Below are positions 1 to 10,598 of a DNA stretch of 64,000 nt, one piece after another. Position 1 is the first letter of the stretch, and every line of letters starts with the position of its first letter. The DNA is from an uncultured Chloroflexia bacterium (GTDB taxonomy: Bacteria; Chloroflexota; Anaerolineae; Caldilineales; Caldilineaceae). Where the stretch lies: assembly GCA_963839515.1 (NCBI GenBank), contig CAWIVN010000030.1, forward strand, positions 32,040-96,039, written 5' to 3'. The position numbers and the translations under genes are program-made. The notes under the pieces were generated by a model, which saw only the letters and a program-made list of their open reading frames with translations, did not search any database and was not told the origin of the DNA.

Positions 1-2
1 GC

Positions 3-560
3 TTGACCGAAGCTATCCATGCCGCCGGCTATATTATCACCGACCATGCGCCTGATTACGTCGTCTTGGGCGAGACACACGGCTATAACCTGCGCCAGAT
101 CACCCGGGCCATTCGCCTGATTGCGGCGGGAGCGCGCTTTGTCGCCACCAACCCGGACCCATCCGGCCCCGGCGAAGGAGGTATCGAACCGGCTTGCGGT
201 GCGATGGCGGCGTTGATCGAAAAGGCAACAGGCGTGGCGCCGTTTTTTGTCGGCAAGCCCAACCCGCTGATGATGCGCAGCGCCCTCAACTACCTGCACG
301 CCCACTCGGAAGAAACCGTCATGATCGGCGACCGCATGGATACGGATATTGTGGGAGCCGTCAGCAGCGGCTTGGACACCGTGCTGGTGCTCACCGGCGT
401 GACCCAACGCCAGCAAATTGCCAATTACCCCTACCAACCTACCTACGTGTTGGAATCCATTGGCGACATCGACCTGCTAGACGAACAGTTGGAAAAGGCA
501 CAGCGCAAGCAGGACAGGACCAATGAGCGCCAGGCAGCGGTCGATAGTGTAGGCCAGTAG
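3..560 (+). CDS. HAD-superfamily hydrolase (subfamily IIA / NagD-like), 5' end outside the window
   Basis: The ORF runs in from the window edge. Motifs [18 protein letters not shown] and [10 protein letters not shown](VG) match HAD IIA sugar phosphatases. Confidence 0.7.
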   Translation: MTEAIHAAGYIITDHAPDYVVLGETHGYNLRQITRAIRLIAAGARFVATNPDPSGPGEGGIEPACGAMAALIEKATGVAPFFVGKPNPLMMRSALNYLHAHSEETVMIGDRMDTDIVGAVSSGLDTVLVLTGVTQRQQIANYPYQPTYVLESIGDIDLLDEQLEKAQRKQDRTNERQAAVDSVGQ

Positions 561-620
561 ACTCAGCAGGATCGGCGCAGCAAGCAGTTACGATCAGCAG
601 CCAGAATTAGTGACGAGGCA

Positions 621-2102
621 TTGTGTATGGCAACAGCAGTAGTGATGCCCAAACAGGGCAATTCGGTAGAGAGTTGCATTATCGTCAACTGGAAGAAGCA
701 CGTGGGAGACACGGTTGCGGTCGACGATGTGCTGTGCGAAGTAGAGACCGACAAGGCGACCATGGACGTGCCCAGCCCGGTGGCAGGCACCCTGCTGGCG
801 ACCTTTTTTAAGGAAGGCGACGACGTGCCGGTGATGACCACCATCGCCGCCGTCGGCGCGGCAGGCGAGGACGCCGCCAGCCTGGCCCCGGCGGGAGCAA
901 CTGCGAGCGTCGAAGCGCCTGCATCGGCACCTGCCGCAGGCACGGCGTTGCCACAAGTGCCTGTGGCCACGCCGGCGCCGGCAAGCCCATCGGCAGGTTC
1001 GGCCACGGGCGCAGCACAGGCCGCCATGCCGGTCAGTGGCGCAGTCTCCACCAGCGGCGAGCCGGTTGGCGTATCGCCGCGCGCGCGCCACCTGGCCGAC
1101 CGCAAGGGGATCGACCCGCTTGGGCTCGCAGGCAGCGGACCAGGAGGACGCGTGATCGAGCGTGACGTGCAGGCCGCCATTGCGGCGCAACCAAAGCTCA
1201 CGCCCGTTGCCAAGGCCATGATAGCGGAGGGTGGCTACGCCGTCCCCGGCCAGGGCAGCGGACCGGGCGGGCGCGTCACGAGCAAGGACCTGGTGAAGGG
1301 CGAGCCGTTTGGAGCGCAGGCGTCCTCGCCTGCATCTGCGGTTCCCGTGCCAGCCGCATTGCCAGTCACAAACACGGGCGAGGACACCCGCGCTCCGCTG
1401 GGAACCGAAGAGGTGGAGGTCGTTCCGGTCAAGGGCGTACGCAAAGTGATCGCCGACCGCATGCTGCAGTCGCTCCAGACGACGGCGCAGTTGACGCTGC
1501 ACGCCTCGGCCGATGCCCGTGCCCTGCAAGCGCTGCGCGCCAGGCTCAAGGTCAGCCCGGAAGCGATGGGGCTGCGCGGCATAACGATTAACGACCTGGT
1601 GCTGCTGGCCGTGGCGCGCACGCTACCGCAGTTCGCGGCCATTAACGCCCTGTTCACAGGCGACGCCATCCACCAGCACATGCACGTGCAGCTCGGCATT
1701 GCGGTGGATACACCGCGCGGGCTGATGGTGCCGGTGGTGCGCCAGGCCGATACACTCAGCCTGCGCCAGCTCTCGGCCGAGACCAAGCGCCTGGCCAATG
1801 CATGCTTGAACGGCAAGGTACTGCCCGACGAACTCAACGGCGGCACATTCACCGTGACCAACCTGGGCGCCTTTGGCGTCGAGATGTTTACGCCGGTGCT
1901 CAACCCGCCGCAAGTGGCCATCTTGGGCGTGTGCAACATCCAGCCCAAGGCGACGGATGTGGACGGTGACATCCAATTTATTCCGCACATCGGGCTGTCG
2001 CTGACCATCAACCACCAGGTGGTGGACGGCGCGCCGGCGGCCCGCTTCCTGCAGGCGCTGGGCCAGGCCATTGCCGCGATCGAGCTTGTTTTGGCGGGCT
2101 GA
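621..2102 (+). CDS. Dihydrolipoamide acyltransferase (E2 of a 2-oxoacid dehydrogenase complex); the likely start is the ATG at 627
   Basis: N-terminal lipoyl domain with [14 protein letters not shown] (lipoyl-Lys motif). Ala/Pro-rich linkers and an E3-binding segment ([29 protein letters not shown]). C-terminal catalytic CAT domain (TNLGAFG ... [13 protein letters not shown]). GAGG lies 8 nt upstream of the ATG at 627. Confidence 0.85.
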   Translation: MCMATAVVMPKQGNSVESCIIVNWKKHVGDTVAVDDVLCEVETDKATMDVPSPVAGTLLATFFKEGDDVPVMTTIAAVGAAGEDAASLAPAGATASVEAPASAPAAGTALPQVPVATPAPASPSAGSATGAAQAAMPVSGAVSTSGEPVGVSPRARHLADRKGIDPLGLAGSGPGGRVIERDVQAAIAAQPKLTPVAKAMIAEGGYAVPGQGSGPGGRVTSKDLVKGEPFGAQASSPASAVPVPAALPVTNTGEDTRAPLGTEEVEVVPVKGVRKVIADRMLQSLQTTAQLTLHASADARALQALRARLKVSPEAMGLRGITINDLVLLAVARTLPQFAAINALFTGDAIHQHMHVQLGIAVDTPRGLMVPVVRQADTLSLRQLSAETKRLANACLNGKVLPDELNGGTFTVTNLGAFGVEMFTPVLNPPQVAILGVCNIQPKATDVDGDIQFIPHIGLSLTINHQVVDGAPAARFLQALGQAIAAIELVLAG

Positions 2103-2107
2103 GCACA

Positions 2108-2536
2108 ATGGAATGCCGGCGAGAGGACGGCTACTTGATCAGCACCGACAAGCAGCGCCTGGATATCGACTATATTCATCGTTGGCTGAGCGAGCAGTCT
2201 TACTGGGCACAGGGGCGCAGCCGGGCGGCGGTGGAGACGAGCATCGCCAACTCGCTCTGCTTTGGCCTGTACCAAGGCGACCGGCAGGTTGGCTTTGCTC
2301 GCATCGTGACTGACTTTGCCAACTTTGGCTGGCTGTGCGACCTGTTTGTCGACAATGAACTGCGCGGGCAGGGTCTAGGCAAGTGGTTAATACAAACAGT
2401 GCTGAACCACCCCGACGTGGCACAAATTCGCGGCTTAATGCTCGCCACGCGTGACGCACACGAACTGTATCGCAGATATGGCTTTGAAATAGTTGGCTCC
2501 CCTGAACGTTTTATGGGAAAAACGCAGAGCGTGTAA
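2108..2536 (+). CDS. GNAT-family N-acetyltransferase
   Basis: 142 aa. Acetyl-CoA-binding-like segment LRGQGLGKWLIQTVL; sits between the E2 and E1 genes. Confidence 0.7.
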   Translation: MECRREDGYLISTDKQRLDIDYIHRWLSEQSYWAQGRSRAAVETSIANSLCFGLYQGDRQVGFARIVTDFANFGWLCDLFVDNELRGQGLGKWLIQTVLNHPDVAQIRGLMLATRDAHELYRRYGFEIVGSPERFMGKTQSV

Positions 2537-2572
2537 CGCATAGAGGAAGAAACTGTACGCGAGAAACAGACA

Positions 2573-5035
2573 ATGACAAAAGCAATTCTGATCGACCCAA
2601 CTGAACAACGAAAGCCCGCCAGCCTGGCAGCGCCTGAGATTCCCATAAACGCCTATAGCTCGGATCCGGCGCAAGAGGCCAAGAAATACGGACGCGACAG
2701 CCTGGTACGCATTTACCGGGACATGGTCTACATCCGCGAATTTGAGACCATGCTCGACCGTATCAAGCGGGAAGGCGCCTACGAGGGGATCGAGTACCAA
2801 CACAAGGGGCCGGCCCATCTCTCGATCGGTCAGGAGTCGGCGGCCGTGGGCATGGCGTACAACTTGACGGCGGAGGACTTTATCTTTGGCTCGCACCGCT
2901 CACACGGCGAGATCCTGGCCAAGTCGCTCTCCGCCATCACCAAGCTCTGTGACGACGATCTGCTGGCGATTATGCGGTCGTACATGGGCGGGCGCACCCT
3001 ATCGGTCGTCGAAGGCTTTGCCAAGGCCGGTGACGTCCAGCAGCTGGCCATCAACTATGTCCTATACGGTGCGCTGGCCGAGATCTTCGGCAAGATCACC
3101 GGCTTTAATAAGGGGTTGGGCGGCTCCATGCACGCCTTCTTCCCGCCCTTTGGCGTTATGCCCAACAACGCCATCGTCGGCGGATCGGGCGACATTGCCA
3201 CCGGTGCAGCGCTCTTCAAGCGCATCAACCGCCAGCCGGGCATCGTCATCGCCAACATTGGCGACGCCTCGATGGGCTGCGGGCCGGTGTGGGAAGGCAT
3301 GATGGTGGCGGCGATGGACCAGTACCGCACGTTGTGGCCCGAGGACATTGGCGGCGCACCGCCGATCATCTTCAACTTTATGAACAACTTCTACGGCATG
3401 GGCGGCCAGCCGATCGGCGAAACCATGAGCTTTGGCGTGCTGGCGCGCGTTGGCTTGGGCATCAATCCTGACGGCATGCATGCCGAACGCGTAGATGGCT
3501 ACAGCCCGCTGGCCGTGGCCGACGCTATCGAGCGCAAGCGCAAGATCCTGGCCGAGGGCCGCGGGCCAGTGCTGCTCGACACCATCACCTACCGCTTCTC
3601 GGGCCACTCGCCGTCGGATGCCTCGGCCTACCGGACCAAGGAAGAGGTAGACCTGTGGCGCGCAAATGACGCCATCATCGGCTATCGCGAGTACCTGGTC
3701 GACAACGGCCATGCCTCCGAGCGTGAGCTGGACGACATGGTGCAGGGCACGATCGAGCAGCTCAAGATCGTGCTGACCGCCGCCATCTCACCCGAGCTCT
3801 CCCCGCGCATGGCGATCGACGGCGAAGAAATCGCCGAGGTGATGTTTAGCAACAAGCAGCGCGAGCGTTATGCCGAGCGCGCACCCGAGGTGCTGCTGCC
3901 GCTGGAGGAGACGCGCTGGAAGCAGACGCAGGAGAAATTCCGCTTTGGGCTGGACGAGCAGGGCAAGCCGACGTCCAAGCTCAAGACGCTCACGTATGCC
4001 GAGGCGTTGTTCGAGGCGATGATCTACCGCTTCTACCAGGACCCGACCATGGTGGCATTTGGCGAGGAGAACCGCGACTGGGGCGGCGCGTTTGGTGTCT
4101 ACCGCGGGCTGACCGAGGCGCTGCCTTATCACCGGCTGTTCAACACCTCGATCTCCGAGGGGGCAATCGTGGGCGCCGGCACGGGTTACGCCTTGTGCGG
4201 CGGCCGCGCCGTCTCCGAGCTGATGTACGCCGACTTTATGGGGCGGGCAGGCGACGAGATATTCAACCAGATGGCAAAGTGGCAGTCGATGTCGGGCGGC
4301 CTGCTGGAGATGCCGTTGGTACTGCGCATCTCGGTGGGAGCCAAATACGGGGCGCAGCACTCGCAGGACTGGAGTGCGATGGTAGCGCATGTGCCGGGGC
4401 TCAAGGCATTCTTCCCGGCCACACCGTACGACGCCAAGGGCATGCTCAACCTCGCCTTGGCCGGCAGCGACCCGGTGGTGTTCTTTGAGAGCCAGCGCTT
4501 GTATCCCGAGACAGAAATACTGGTCGAGGGAGGCGTACCCAAGGGCTATTATGATGTGCCGTTGGGCGAGCCGGCCGTGCGGCGCAAGGGCAGCGACCTC
4601 ACCATCATTACGATCGGGGCCACGCTCTACCGGGCGTTGGATGCGGCCAAGGTCTTGCAGGATAAGTATGGCTTGTCGGCCGAAGTGATCGACGTGCGCT
4701 TCCTGAACCCGCTCAACTACGGCCCGTTGGTCGAATCGGTCAAGAAGACGGGCAAAGTCGTCGTAGCCAGCGACGCCACCGAGCGTGGATCGTTTGCGCA
4801 CACGATCGCGAGCAATCTCACGCAGCTGGCCTTCGACCATCTCGATGGGCCGCCCGCCGTGGTCGGCTCGCGCAACTGGATCACCCCGGCGGCAGAGCTG
4901 GAGGACATGTTCTTCCCGACCCAGGAGTGGATCGTGGACACGATACATGAGCGAATCCTGCCGTTGGCGGGGCATGTGGTGAGCACGCGGCAGGGAACGG
5001 GGGAAATTCTCTCGCGCAACCGGCTGGGTGTCTGA
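2573..5035 (+). CDS. TPP-dependent 2-oxoacid dehydrogenase E1 component with alpha and beta subunits fused (820 aa)
   Basis: N-terminal half is E1-alpha (GSHRSHG, TPP-binding [13 protein letters not shown]). C-terminal half is the E1-beta / transketolase-like pyrimidine-binding and C-terminal domain ([11 protein letters not shown] ... [21 protein letters not shown] ... [13 protein letters not shown]). Confidence 0.85.
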   Translation: MTKAILIDPTEQRKPASLAAPEIPINAYSSDPAQEAKKYGRDSLVRIYRDMVYIREFETMLDRIKREGAYEGIEYQHKGPAHLSIGQESAAVGMAYNLTAEDFIFGSHRSHGEILAKSLSAITKLCDDDLLAIMRSYMGGRTLSVVEGFAKAGDVQQLAINYVLYGALAEIFGKITGFNKGLGGSMHAFFPPFGVMPNNAIVGGSGDIATGAALFKRINRQPGIVIANIGDASMGCGPVWEGMMVAAMDQYRTLWPEDIGGAPPIIFNFMNNFYGMGGQPIGETMSFGVLARVGLGINPDGMHAERVDGYSPLAVADAIERKRKILAEGRGPVLLDTITYRFSGHSPSDASAYRTKEEVDLWRANDAIIGYREYLVDNGHASERELDDMVQGTIEQLKIVLTAAISPELSPRMAIDGEEIAEVMFSNKQRERYAERAPEVLLPLEETRWKQTQEKFRFGLDEQGKPTSKLKTLTYAEALFEAMIYRFYQDPTMVAFGEENRDWGGAFGVYRGLTEALPYHRLFNTSISEGAIVGAGTGYALCGGRAVSELMYADFMGRAGDEIFNQMAKWQSMSGGLLEMPLVLRISVGAKYGAQHSQDWSAMVAHVPGLKAFFPATPYDAKGMLNLALAGSDPVVFFESQRLYPETEILVEGGVPKGYYDVPLGEPAVRRKGSDLTIITIGATLYRALDAAKVLQDKYGLSAEVIDVRFLNPLNYGPLVESVKKTGKVVVASDATERGSFAHTIASNLTQLAFDHLDGPPAVVGSRNWITPAAELEDMFFPTQEWIVDTIHERILPLAGHVVSTRQGTGEILSRNRLGV

Positions 5036-5057
5036 ACCACGATTCGGGGAATTTAGG

Positions 5058-5105
5058 GGATTACCATGATTCGTGTCGCGAGCAGGACGCGCGAATCATG
5101 GTAAT
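5058..5105. terminator. Perfect 15-bp inverted repeat (GATTACCATGATTCG ... CGAATCATGGTAATC) in a convergent intergenic region; putative bidirectional terminator hairpin
   Basis: The arms at 5058-5072 and 5091-5105 are exact reverse complements, between the E1 stop (5035) and the ABC ATPase stop (5122). No U-tract is present. Confidence 0.4.
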
Positions 5106-5121
5106 CCGATAATTACACGAA

Positions 5122-6090
5122 TCAAGCTTCGGAATCCCGCAGGGCGTACCCTGTCACCGCCAGGAAAACGTCGCCTAAGCTGGGCTTGTTGGTACTTACC
5201 CTGTGGACATGGACAGCACTGGCGGCGGCCAGGCCGACAACAGAAGCCAGGCGCTGCTCGCCATCGTCCACGCCGATCTGCAGGCGGTACGCGCCGTCTG
5301 CAGCGTGGAGCGTGACCTGCGAAACGTAGGTCTCAGCCTCCAGGCGCGCCTCGAGGCCGTTGAGCGAGCCCGGCCCTTCCAATGTGATCACATCGGCGCC
5401 CATGCGTTGCACCAGTTCTTGTGGCGCACCTTCGGCCACCAAGAGACCGTGGTCGATGATACCCACGCGGTCGGCCAATTGCTCGGCTTCATCCATATAA
5501 TGCGTGGTCAGCAGCAGTGTCATGCCGCGTTCTTCGCGCAAGCGGCGAATGTAGCGCCAGATGCCGGCGCGGTTCTGCGGGTCCAAGCCCTGCGTCGGCT
5601 CGTCCAGGAACAGAATTTGGGGAGCCGTCATCAGCCCGCGCGCGAGTTCCAGCCGCCGCTTCATGCCGCCGGAATAGGTTTCGGCCTTGCGGTCGAGCAC
5701 ATCGGCCAACTCCACCAGGACGGCCAACTCGTCGATGCGCTGGCGGCGCGTGGACGCGTCCTGGCCATAAAGCTGGCCATGAAAGTCCAGCGTCTGCCGC
5801 CCCGTCAACTCACCGTCCACGACAATTTCCTGGAAGGTTACGCCGATGCGGCGGCGCACCTCGGCCGCCTGTGCCACCACATCGTAGCCTGCAACCTGGG
5901 CCGTGCCACGCGTGGGCGTCAGGAGCGTGGTCAATATGGACAGCAGGGTCGTTTTGCCGGCGCCGTTGGGCCCCAGCAGCGCATAGATCTCGCCTGCTTG
6001 CACGATAAAGCTTACACCGCGCAACGCATGCACGCTTTCGTTGCCTACGAGGTACACTTTCTCCAGCCCGTTTGTAATTAATGCAGTCAT
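5122..6090 (-). CDS. ABC transporter ATP-binding protein (DrrA / ABC-2 type ATPase)
   Basis: Walker A GPNGAGKTT, ABC signature YSGGMKRRLELA, Walker B ILFLDEPTQGLD, H-loop; about 90-aa C-terminal DrrA-like domain. Confidence 0.85.
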   Translation of the reverse strand: MTALITNGLEKVYLVGNESVHALRGVSFIVQAGEIYALLGPNGAGKTTLLSILTTLLTPTRGTAQVAGYDVVAQAAEVRRRIGVTFQEIVVDGELTGRQTLDFHGQLYGQDASTRRQRIDELAVLVELADVLDRKAETYSGGMKRRLELARGLMTAPQILFLDEPTQGLDPQNRAGIWRYIRRLREERGMTLLLTTHYMDEAEQLADRVGIIDHGLLVAEGAPQELVQRMGADVITLEGPGSLNGLEARLEAETYVSQVTLHAADGAYRLQIGVDDGEQRLASVVGLAAASAVHVHRVSTNKPSLGDVFLAVTGYALRDSEA

Positions 6091-6273
6091 CGCAGTTCAA
6101 TCCATATAGCGAAGCTCAAAAATAGTATATAATCGTAAAGTATCGTATTTGCCTTGTGCATGGTATGTCAGGCGTTGTGCATTCGCCAATCCGGCGGACA
6201 ACCTGCAGTCGTACATTGGAGCGATATCAATTCAACAGTTTGACCGACGGTTCGGGTAAGATAAGACGCCATC

Positions 6274-6891
6274 ATGAAGGAACTCTTCGCCACGCACGGC
6301 TCAATCGAAGCCTCCCCGGCTACATTGGTGCAACGCTGCCTGCAAGGAGATGCCAACGCCTGGCGCCAATTGGTGGATCGCTACGCGCGCCTTGTCCACT
6401 CGGTGCCTGCACGCCATGGGCTTAGCCCTGCCGAGATAGAAGACGTGGGGCAAGAGGTCTTTTTGGCACTGGCGCAAAACCTGCACTCTATCGAAGATCC
6501 TGACCGCCTGCCCGCATGGCTGGTCACCACGGCCCGGCGCCTCTGCTGGCGTATGGTGCAGCGCCAACGCCGCGAACAGTCGCTCGACGAAGAGCCTGAC
6601 AATGGAGATGAATACACGTCGCGCCGTGAGCTCATCAGCCCACTGCAGACCCCTGATGAAGCTGTGGAAGGTTGGAACCGGCAGGCGATCTTGCATGCAG
6701 CTGTCGCGCGCCTGGGCGAACGCTGCCGCAGACTGATCGAGCTGATCTTCCTTGATACCCGCGAGCCCAGCTACGACGAAATCAGCGCCCTGCTGAACAT
6801 CCCCAAAGGCAGCATAGGCCCGACGCGCACTCGCTGCCTGAGCCAGCTCCGCATCCAACTGGGTGAAGAGGATCTCTTAGGTGACGAATAG
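6274..6891 (+). CDS. ECF-type RNA polymerase sigma-70 factor
   Basis: Sigma region 2 (LVDRYARLVHSV ... EDVGQEVFLAL ... PAWLVTTARRLCWR) and region 4 HTH (EPSYDEISALLNIPKGSIGPTRTRCLSQLR). Confidence 0.8.
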   Translation: MKELFATHGSIEASPATLVQRCLQGDANAWRQLVDRYARLVHSVPARHGLSPAEIEDVGQEVFLALAQNLHSIEDPDRLPAWLVTTARRLCWRMVQRQRREQSLDEEPDNGDEYTSRRELISPLQTPDEAVEGWNRQAILHAAVARLGERCRRLIELIFLDTREPSYDEISALLNIPKGSIGPTRTRCLSQLRIQLGEEDLLGDE

Positions 6892-6972
6892 CAGAGTTCG
6901 CGTATCTTTTGCCAGGGGAAAATGCTCTTATATTGCAGGATGAGTTAATTCGCTACGATTGAGGCGCTATAC

Positions 6973-7596
6973 ATGACGCATTTGGCCCCCCAACTACTAT
7001 ATACTCTAGCCTTCGATTCCAAACCGTTGGAAAGCGACGCCGAGCAGCACCTGGCTGCCTGCACTGCCTGCCGCCAAGCCTTGGCCGACCTGCGGGCGCT
7101 GGCCGAGGAGCTGAGGGTTATGAAGGTGAGCGAACCGTCACCCGCGGCGCTTGAACGCTACTATGCGGCGCAGTCGCTCATACAGCAGCAACCTTCGCGC
7201 CTCGGCGTCATGTGGCGCAACGTTTTGGCCATGCTTACGTGGGACAGCCGGCAGCAGGCGGCCTTGCAGGGCGTACGCAGCGGTGCAGGCAGCACGGCCT
7301 ATCGCCTCCTCTATGCTACTGAACAGGCGGAGATAGAGTTGCTGATCGAGCCGGAAGGACGTGCGTTCCGCACCCAGGGCGAAATCATTGCCGGCCAGGA
7401 GCCGGACGCAGCCGGCACACCCGTGACCCCGGCATTGATTCAGTGGATCGACGCGCAGGGCGACATCCGGTACGAAACGGAATCTGACACAAGCGGTCTT
7501 TTTTCGCTGCGCAACATTGCGCCCGGCATCTACCGGCTGTCCATCGTTTCCGCGGCCAGCGACATAATCGAAATTGAGGCGCTGGAGATCATGTGA
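6973..7596 (+). CDS. Putative zinc-finger (ZAS-type) anti-sigma factor, soluble, with a C-terminal carboxypeptidase-regulatory-like beta domain
   Basis: HLAACTACRQ matches the H-x3-C-x2-C ZAS motif and lies directly downstream of the ECF sigma gene. No predicted transmembrane segment. C-terminal FSLRNIAPGIYRLSIV resembles a CarbopepD_reg-like fold. Confidence 0.55.
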   Translation: MTHLAPQLLYTLAFDSKPLESDAEQHLAACTACRQALADLRALAEELRVMKVSEPSPAALERYYAAQSLIQQQPSRLGVMWRNVLAMLTWDSRQQAALQGVRSGAGSTAYRLLYATEQAEIELLIEPEGRAFRTQGEIIAGQEPDAAGTPVTPALIQWIDAQGDIRYETESDTSGLFSLRNIAPGIYRLSIVSAASDIIEIEALEIM

Positions 7597-10583
7597 TGTC
7601 GGACAGTTATAGCGGTGGATTGACAGGTGGCTTGACGAGCGAACTACTCACGCAGCTTGCCGACCGGCCCACCGAAGAAGCTTTAGCCACCCTCACCGCC
7701 AATGGATTGCTTACTACGAGCGCAGCCGCACAGGCTGCGCAGTTAGTATTGGCTGGTGCAGCCACACATCCGGTTCAAGTCGCACGTTGGCTGCCCCTGA
7801 TCGGCGCCATGGTTGCAGCGACCGGCGGCGATCCGGCAACGGCGGCCGATCTGGCCTATGCGCGTTCGCGCCTGGCACTCGAACAGGGTGATCCGGCGGC
7901 AGCCGAGACTTTACTACAAGAGGCGCGCAGCCTTTGGCAGCAGGCCGGCGACGACGCCAGCGTAGCGCGCACCGGTGTGGGCATGACGCAGCTGCTGGCG
8001 ATGCAGGGCCGTTTCGAAGAAGCAGAGGCGACCATTCGCACGTCGATTGCCGCGCTGTCCGCGCTGCCCGGCGAAGAAGTCAGGCTCATACAGATGGACG
8101 CACGCCAGAACCTGGCGACACTCCTGAGCTATCAGGAACGGTTCGTCGAGGCGGCCGAAATCAATAATGACTTGCGCCAAGGCTATCTGAGCTTGCTGGC
8201 GCAGGCCAGGTATCCAGCAGAAGCAGTTGACTTGCAGACGCGCCTCGCCCTGGTCGAACGCGACCTGGCCCTGGCGCATACCTATCTTGATCAACCACAG
8301 GTGGCGGAGACGCTGCTTGAGGGTGCCGTGGAGCGCCTGAGCTTGCCCGAGGTGCGCATCGATCGCGGCCAGACGCGCACCAATCTTGGTCACCTCTATG
8401 TACGCACGGGCCGCTATGCCAGGGCCATTGCCGAGTTGGACGCGGCCACAATTGACCTGCTGGGAACGGTGGATGTCGACAGCGTGCCTGATCTCTGGCC
8501 GGCGGCCGACCTTCTGTTCCTGGAACAGGCATCCGCCTACCTGGTGCTCAACCTGCTGCCTGAAGCCGAAGCCGCCCTGCGCCGCGCCCAGGAGATACTG
8601 CGAGCCACGGAGCAGACGTATGAACTCGGCCAGGCGCTATATCTATTAGGGATATTGGAATGGCGGCGCAATAACATTGGCGCAGCCGGCGCAGCGTTGG
8701 CGGAAGCGGAAACCATCTTTGCGCAACTGGACAACATCTATTGGTTGCATCGCGTCCGCCTGGCTCAGGCGGCGTTGGCGTTACGCAGCGGCGACAGCGA
8801 CGATGCCACCCGTCGCATAGACCTCCTGCTGGCGGATCAGGCACCGACTGGGGAACAGACAGCAGCCGGCGATCAGACTGCCCTTGCCTGGGACCAGTCT
8901 ACAACCTGCGATCTCTATCTGCTCGACGCTCGCCTTGGATCGGCTACCGGCGACCTGGCGCGAGCACAGCGCGCCGTCGATGCGGCTGTGAATGCGCTGG
9001 GCCTTTCTTCGCTTGAGGAAGGCACAACGAGCCTGCCTCATCTGCACCTGCAAGTGCTGCATGCGGCCGGCCAAGTCGCGCGCGCCCAGGGCAGACTTGA
9101 CGACGCACGCAGGCTATTCGTGCGCACGCTCGAGATCGTCGAGGCGCAGCGCGGATTGCTGCCGATCGAAGAGCTGCGGACAGCGTTCCTCACCGATAAG
9201 ACTGCGATCTATGTCGACCTGGTATTAAGCCTGTTGGACCTGCCAGAAGCGGATCCCGGCACCATTTCCGACGCATTTGCCGTCGTGGAGCGATCCCGAT
9301 CGCGTGCCCTGCTTGAACGGCTGCTTACGTCGGTAGACGACATGCAAGCCACCAGCGACTTAGCACCGGACGTGCGCGAGCTGGTTACCGAAACGCGCCG
9401 CCGGCTCTACTGGCTGTATAACCAGCTTTTAGGTGAAGAAGGTGGCAGCCGCGGCTCGGCGCCGGCTATCTCGGACGAGATCCGTGCCCACGAAGCAACG
9501 TTGCAGCGACTTGAGTGGCAGCGCACGCAATGGCTGCAGCAGGCGCGACCGGTCACGCTTGCGGATCTACAGGCCAGCCTTGGCAGCGACCAGGCAGCGT
9601 TGGTCTATTTTATCGCCAGCGACGAGGTGATGGCATTTGTCGTTTCACCTGCCGAGGCCAAAATTGTGCGCAATTTAGCGACCGTTGCGGCGCTCGACGA
9701 TGCGCAGGCGCAGTTGCGATTCCAACTGGGACGCGTCGAAATTGGCTCCGGCTACCAGGAGCGGCATCAAGCGCGCCTGCTGGAGGGTGCGCGCAACGCG
9801 CTGCGCCGCCACTATGACCTGCTTATTGCGCCGCTGCTGCCGCACCTGGCAGAACAAGCACCCGAGCGCCTGCTCGTGATTCCCTATGGATCACTGCACC
9901 TGGCTCCTTTCCATGCTTTCTGGAACGGCAGCGAGTATTTGCTGGAATCCTATGAAATCTCGTATGCTTCCAGTGCCAGCCTGGCCGTGCAGGTACGCGA
10001 GACGGACAAGGCCGGCATGTGCTCACTGGCGGGCGTCGCATTGCGCGACAAAGCCATACCGCAGGCGGAAAGCGAAGTACGCGCAGCGGCGCTCCACTTT
10101 GACCAAGCGCAGCTCTACCTGGACGAGCAAGCGGGTTTGGCAGGATTGTGGGAAGCCGCGCAGGCGGGCGATGTGCTGCATATCGCCACACACGGCGTAT
10201 TTCGTCCAGACAACCCGTTTTTCTCGGCACTTAAGCTGGCCGACGGCTGGATCGACGTGCGCACGATCTACCGGCTTCCGCTCCAAGCCCGGCTTGTTGT
10301 GCTCAGTGCGTGTGAGAGCGGTGCTGTCCAAGTGCAGGGCAGCGACGAGGCAATTGGACTCGTGCGCGGTTTTCTGGGCGCAGGCGCCGAAACATTGCTC
10401 GTCAGTTTGTGGAACGTTCACGACGCCAGCGCCGCTATATTAATGGACGAATTTTACGGACAATTGACGGGGCATGGGACGCGCCCGGCTGCGGCCCTGC
10501 AAACCGTACAGCGTAAGGCCGCCCGGAGCAACCGCCACCCATACTATTGGGCCCCCTATGTGGTAATGGGCGATTCGAGTTGA
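7596..10583 (+). CDS. TPR-repeat protein with a C-terminal CHAT (caspase-like) protease domain, about 996 aa
   Basis: Long helical repeat N-terminal region of about 700 aa, then a CHAT domain. LLVIPYGSLHLAPFHAF ... HIATHGVF (catalytic His) ... LVVLSACESG (catalytic Cys). Its GTG/ATG start overlaps the anti-sigma stop (ATGTGATG at 7591-7598). Confidence 0.8.
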   Translation: MSDSYSGGLTGGLTSELLTQLADRPTEEALATLTANGLLTTSAAAQAAQLVLAGAATHPVQVARWLPLIGAMVAATGGDPATAADLAYARSRLALEQGDPAAAETLLQEARSLWQQAGDDASVARTGVGMTQLLAMQGRFEEAEATIRTSIAALSALPGEEVRLIQMDARQNLATLLSYQERFVEAAEINNDLRQGYLSLLAQARYPAEAVDLQTRLALVERDLALAHTYLDQPQVAETLLEGAVERLSLPEVRIDRGQTRTNLGHLYVRTGRYARAIAELDAATIDLLGTVDVDSVPDLWPAADLLFLEQASAYLVLNLLPEAEAALRRAQEILRATEQTYELGQALYLLGILEWRRNNIGAAGAALAEAETIFAQLDNIYWLHRVRLAQAALALRSGDSDDATRRIDLLLADQAPTGEQTAAGDQTALAWDQSTTCDLYLLDARLGSATGDLARAQRAVDAAVNALGLSSLEEGTTSLPHLHLQVLHAAGQVARAQGRLDDARRLFVRTLEIVEAQRGLLPIEELRTAFLTDKTAIYVDLVLSLLDLPEADPGTISDAFAVVERSRSRALLERLLTSVDDMQATSDLAPDVRELVTETRRRLYWLYNQLLGEEGGSRGSAPAISDEIRAHEATLQRLEWQRTQWLQQARPVTLADLQASLGSDQAALVYFIASDEVMAFVVSPAEAKIVRNLATVAALDDAQAQLRFQLGRVEIGSGYQERHQARLLEGARNALRRHYDLLIAPLLPHLAEQAPERLLVIPYGSLHLAPFHAFWNGSEYLLESYEISYASSASLAVQVRETDKAGMCSLAGVALRDKAIPQAESEVRAAALHFDQAQLYLDEQAGLAGLWEAAQAGDVLHIATHGVFRPDNPFFSALKLADGWIDVRTIYRLPLQARLVVLSACESGAVQVQGSDEAIGLVRGFLGAGAETLLVSLWNVHDASAAILMDEFYGQLTGHGTRPAAALQTVQRKAARSNRHPYYWAPYVVMGDSS

Positions 10584-10598
10584 GACAGGAGGAACACT

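Noticed and set aside
594-2275. Long reverse-strand ORFs (594-1529, 1235-2275, 563-1219) overlapping the E2 gene
   Set aside because: Antisense shadow ORFs are typical of high-GC DNA. Their translations are Arg/Ala/Gly-rich with no motifs, while the plus-strand frame carries clear lipoyl/E2 motifs.
3788-4975. 395-aa reverse ORF inside the E1 gene, and 5203-6081 plus-strand ORF inside the ABC gene
   Set aside because: Shadow ORFs opposite strongly supported CDSs, with no domain signatures.
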